55,514 nt of DNA from Betaproteobacteria bacterium (GTDB lineage Bacteria > Pseudomonadota > Gammaproteobacteria > Burkholderiales > SG8-39): positions 1 through 55,514 of the forward strand of contig VGIA01000002.1 of the NCBI GenBank assembly GCA_016868105.1, in the 5' to 3' direction. Made by a program: the position numbers and the translations under genes. Position 1 is the first letter of the stretch. Each line of letters opens with the position of its first letter. Under the pieces are notes generated by a model. It was not told the origin of the DNA. It saw only the letters and a list, made by a program, of their open reading frames with translations, and made no database searches. Below, piece after piece: positions 52,977-55,514 of the stretch.

Positions 52977-53564
52977 TTGGCCGCGCCGGCCGCCGTCGTA
53001 CACACGCACGTCCATTCCATCCGGCTGGCGGCCGGGAGGGAAGCGCTGGTCGCGCGAGTATTGCTGAAGGACGACACCGCGGGCTTTGGTTTTTCGCTCG
53101 ACCTGGACGCCACGGTCGCGCGCGACATGGCGGCCTGGGATGCGCACGCGAAGTCGGCCGGCACGCCGCTGTGGCGGATGCTCGGCGGCACGCGCGCCGA
53201 GGTTCCGGTGGCGCAGGACGGCGAGCCGGCGCTGGCGCCGGACTGGGAGCCGCTGCATCGTGGCCTGGTGGCACGTCGCTACAAGATGGTCCGCATGGAT
53301 CCCTTCGCCTGGGGCGCGCTGGAGAAAGTGCAGAGCATCGTTGCGGCGGCCGCGAGGCTGGATACGCCGGTCGCGCTGCTGGCGCCCAACGGCCATCCTT
53401 GGGAAATCGCGTGGTGCGCGGCGCTGGCGGGCGAGCACGCCAGCATCATCGTCCGCGGCGAGCCGCCGGTGCCGGCGTTCAGGCGGCCGGAACACCCGGG
53501 GTCCGGCGTGAGCTGGGCCAGCCAGCCCGGCTTCGATGCGATTCGCTGGCTGGCGCCGGGCTAA
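52977..53564 (+). CDS. short enolase-superfamily-N-terminal-like protein (possibly another remnant)
   Basis: TTG 52977. IRLAAGREALVARVLLKDDTAGFGFSL...AKSAGTPLWRMLGG resembles the capping domain of mandelate racemase/muconate lactonizing enzymes. At 195 aa it lacks a recognisable TIM-barrel metal site. Confidence 0.35.
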   Translation: MAAPAAVVHTHVHSIRLAAGREALVARVLLKDDTAGFGFSLDLDATVARDMAAWDAHAKSAGTPLWRMLGGTRAEVPVAQDGEPALAPDWEPLHRGLVARRYKMVRMDPFAWGALEKVQSIVAAAARLDTPVALLAPNGHPWEIAWCAALAGEHASIIVRGEPPVPAFRRPEHPGSGVSWASQPGFDAIRWLAPG

Positions 53565-54511
53565 TCCGCCTTCGCCCCCGACTCCTTCACCGCATTCGCC
53601 CACTTCGCCACCTCGGCGCGCAGGAAGGCGGCGAACTCGGGCACCGTGGCGCGCTTCCAGTCCAGCCCGAGCTGGGCGAGACGCTCGTGCACCTCCGGTG
53701 CCTCCAGCGCGCGGTTGATCTCGCCGTTCAGCCGCGCCACCACCCCCTCGGGCGTGCCGGCGGGCGCGAAGAACGCGAACCAGGTCAGGTCGTCGAAATC
53801 GGCGAAGCCCTGCTCGTTCACCGTGGGCACCTCGGGCAGCACGGCGGAGCGCTGCGCACTGGTAACGGCGATCGGACGCACCCGGCCCGCCTTGACGTGC
53901 GGCACCGCGGGCGGCAGCGAGGTGCTCGATACCTGCGTGTGCCCCCCCACCACGGCCCCGACAGCGGCCGCAGGCTGATAGGGCACGTGCGTGATGTCGA
54001 CCTTGCGCGCCATCTTGATGCGCTCCACCGAGAGGTGCGTGCTGGTGCCGATGCCCGAGGAGGCGTAGGACAGCGGCTGCTTCTTCGCCAGCTCGATCAG
54101 CTCGGCGAGGTTCCGGGCCGGCACCGACGGGTGGACGGTGATGATGTTTGGCGTGCTGGGGCCCTGCGCCACGCCGACGAAATCCTTCAGCGGATCGTAA
54201 CCCGCGTTGGCATAGAGGCTGGGATTCACCGCATAGGCGACGCTGGTGACCAACAGCGTGTAGCCGTCAGGCGCGGCACGCTTCACCTGCTGCGCCGCGA
54301 CGTTGCCGCCAGCCCCGGGCCGGTTCTCCACCACCACGGACTGGCCCAGCGCCTCGGCCACCTTGGGCGCGACCAGGCGCGCGACGATGTCGGTGGAACT
54401 GGCTGGTGCGAAACCGATCACCAGCTGGATGGGCCTCTGGCGGGGCCATTCCAGTGCAGCCACGGGCAGCGGCGCACTGATCGAGAGCACGGCACAGAGC
54501 AGGATTCGCAT
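53561..54511 (-). CDS. Bug-family (TctC-like) substrate-binding protein
   Basis: Signal MRILLCAVLSISAPLPVAA, then RPIQLVIGFAPASSTDIVAR...VENRPGAGGN...PDGYTLL. Confidence 0.85.
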   Translation of the reverse strand: MRILLCAVLSISAPLPVAALEWPRQRPIQLVIGFAPASSTDIVARLVAPKVAEALGQSVVVENRPGAGGNVAAQQVKRAAPDGYTLLVTSVAYAVNPSLYANAGYDPLKDFVGVAQGPSTPNIITVHPSVPARNLAELIELAKKQPLSYASSGIGTSTHLSVERIKMARKVDITHVPYQPAAAVGAVVGGHTQVSSTSLPPAVPHVKAGRVRPIAVTSAQRSAVLPEVPTVNEQGFADFDDLTWFAFFAPAGTPEGVVARLNGEINRALEAPEVHERLAQLGLDWKRATVPEFAAFLRAEVAKWANAVKESGAKAD

Positions 54512-54573
54512 GGCAGAGAAGCCCCCTGCCATAGGATACACAACGGCGCCGCGTGCGTAGAATCCGGGGTCGG

Positions 54574-55062
54574 ATGCCCGAGCACCTGAAAACCGTCCAC
54601 ACCAGCTTCACTCTCGCCGCCGCCACGCGCATCATCGATGCCGCGCTTGCCGAGCGCGTCGCGCGCGGCCTGCTGCCACTCGCGGTTGCGGTGCTCGATG
54701 CCGGCGGCAACCTGGTCGCTTTCAAGCGCGAGGACGGCTGCGGCGTGCTGCGCTTCGACATCGCCTTCGGCAAGGCATGGGCAGCGCTGGGCATGGGCAT
54801 GTCCACACGGCTGATCCGTGACCGGCTGAAGGAACGGCCTGCATTCCAGGGCGCGCTCGCCGCCGCCGCCGCCGGCCGCTTCATCCCGGTGCCGGGCGGC
54901 GTGCTGGTGCTGGATGCCACCGGCGCCGCCATCGGCGCGGTGGGCGTGAGCGGCGACGCCTCGGACAAGGACGAGTATTGCGCCATCGCCGGCATTCTTG
55001 CCGCCGGTTTGGGCAGCGAGCCTGCCGCCCCTTCCGCCGACTGGCGAGCGGCCGGCCTCTGA
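54574..55062 (+). CDS. GlcG/HbpS-like (DUF336) haem-binding-family protein
   Basis: LTLAAATRIIDAALAE...AVAVLDAGGNLVAFKREDG......IAFGKAWAA...GGV......GAIGVSG...DKDEYCA motifs. Start at ATG 54574. Confidence 0.75.
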   Translation: MPEHLKTVHTSFTLAAATRIIDAALAERVARGLLPLAVAVLDAGGNLVAFKREDGCGVLRFDIAFGKAWAALGMGMSTRLIRDRLKERPAFQGALAAAAAGRFIPVPGGVLVLDATGAAIGAVGVSGDASDKDEYCAIAGILAAGLGSEPAAPSADWRAAGL

Positions 55063-55087
55063 TTCACTGTATCGCGGAGAATCACAA

Positions 55088-55514
55088 ATGAAACGCAGGC
55101 AACTGCTCGGACTCGCCCTCGCGGCAGGTCTCGCCCCAGCTTCACTGGTCCGTGCTCAGGGCAGCTTCCCTTCCAAGCCCATCCGGCTGGTGGTGCCGTT
55201 CCCGCCGGGCGGGCCGACGGACATTTTCGCGCGCCAGTATGGCCAGCGACTCGGCGTGGTGCTCGGGCAGCAGGTGATCATCGACAACAAGGCAGGCGCT
55301 AGCGGCGCCATCGGCTCGATGGAGGTGATGCGCGCCAGCCCGGAGGGCCACACCCTGCTGTTCGGCACCGCTTCCACGCACGCGCTGTACAACCTCATCA
55401 ATGACAAGGCGCAGTACGACTCGCTCAGGGACTTCGCTCCGGTGGCGATCGTCGGCGGCGCCGCGGTGGTGATCGTGGCGCATCCCTCGCTGCCACCCAC
55501 GCTGAGGGGCGTGA
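55088..55514 (+). CDS. Bug-family (TctC-like) substrate-binding protein, N-terminal part (runs off the window end)
   Basis: SD GGAGA 8 nt upstream. MKRRQLLGLALAAGLAPASLVRAQGSFPSKPIRLVVPFPPGGPTDIFAR...IDNKAGASG. Confidence 0.85.
   Translation, partial: MKRRQLLGLALAAGLAPASLVRAQGSFPSKPIRLVVPFPPGGPTDIFARQYGQRLGVVLGQQVIIDNKAGASGAIGSMEVMRASPEGHTLLFGTASTHALYNLINDKAQYDSLRDFAPVAIVGGAAVVIVAHPSLPPTLRGV

Noticed and set aside
1-55514. Search for defence systems, prophage, toxin-antitoxin pairs, secretion systems, rRNA/tRNA genes and mobile elements
   Set aside because: None of the translated ORFs shows nuclease/helicase/methylase defence signatures, phage structural proteins, recombinases or transposases. 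Intergenic regions are mostly under 180 bp. The window is metabolic and housekeeping in character.

Overview
High-GC chromosomal segment, likely Betaproteobacteria/Burkholderiales: it has four Bug/TctC-family binding proteins plus one remnant, and about 19 ATGA start/stop overlaps. I call about 58 intact protein genes and 7 eroded genes. By eye I found no rRNA, tRNA, CRISPR array, transposase or integrase. Layout: (1) housekeeping block iscS-iscR, cysE, trmJ, suhB, an orphan AcnX (DUF521/DUF126) pair, mutS, tatD, an acyl-CoA ligase, fdxA and rtcB; (2) Liv-type ABC importer; (3) OYE / flavin reductase / TauD-like dioxygenase / Bug operon; (4) a tightly coupled 7-gene operon of a ThDP enzyme, cobalt-type nitrile hydratase alpha/beta/accessory and PxpB/PxpC/PxpA, which is my best candidate for an undescribed catabolic system; (5) a 9-gene lipid-modification operon headed by a CarH/LitR-type B12 photoreceptor-like MerR regulator, containing the gene set I recall for furan fatty acid synthesis, with tandem 11-bp operator repeats over its promoter; (6) amidase plus acyl-CoA ligase; (7) a decaying locus with a PQQ-dehydrogenase remnant, a dihaem cytochrome c and a TonB receptor carrying an in-frame TAA; (8) a ~10 kb minus-strand array from pcaHG and marR through CoA-dependent catabolic genes; (9) an HMG-CoA-lyase-like gene, an eroded MetE-like gene and more Bug genes. 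Window-wide features: -10-like hexamers sit 5-10 nt upstream of many operon-first start codons (leaderless geometry), two conserved genes lack a canonical start codon, and eroded gene remnants are unusually frequent. All functional calls rest on reading the translations for family motifs. No database search was run.
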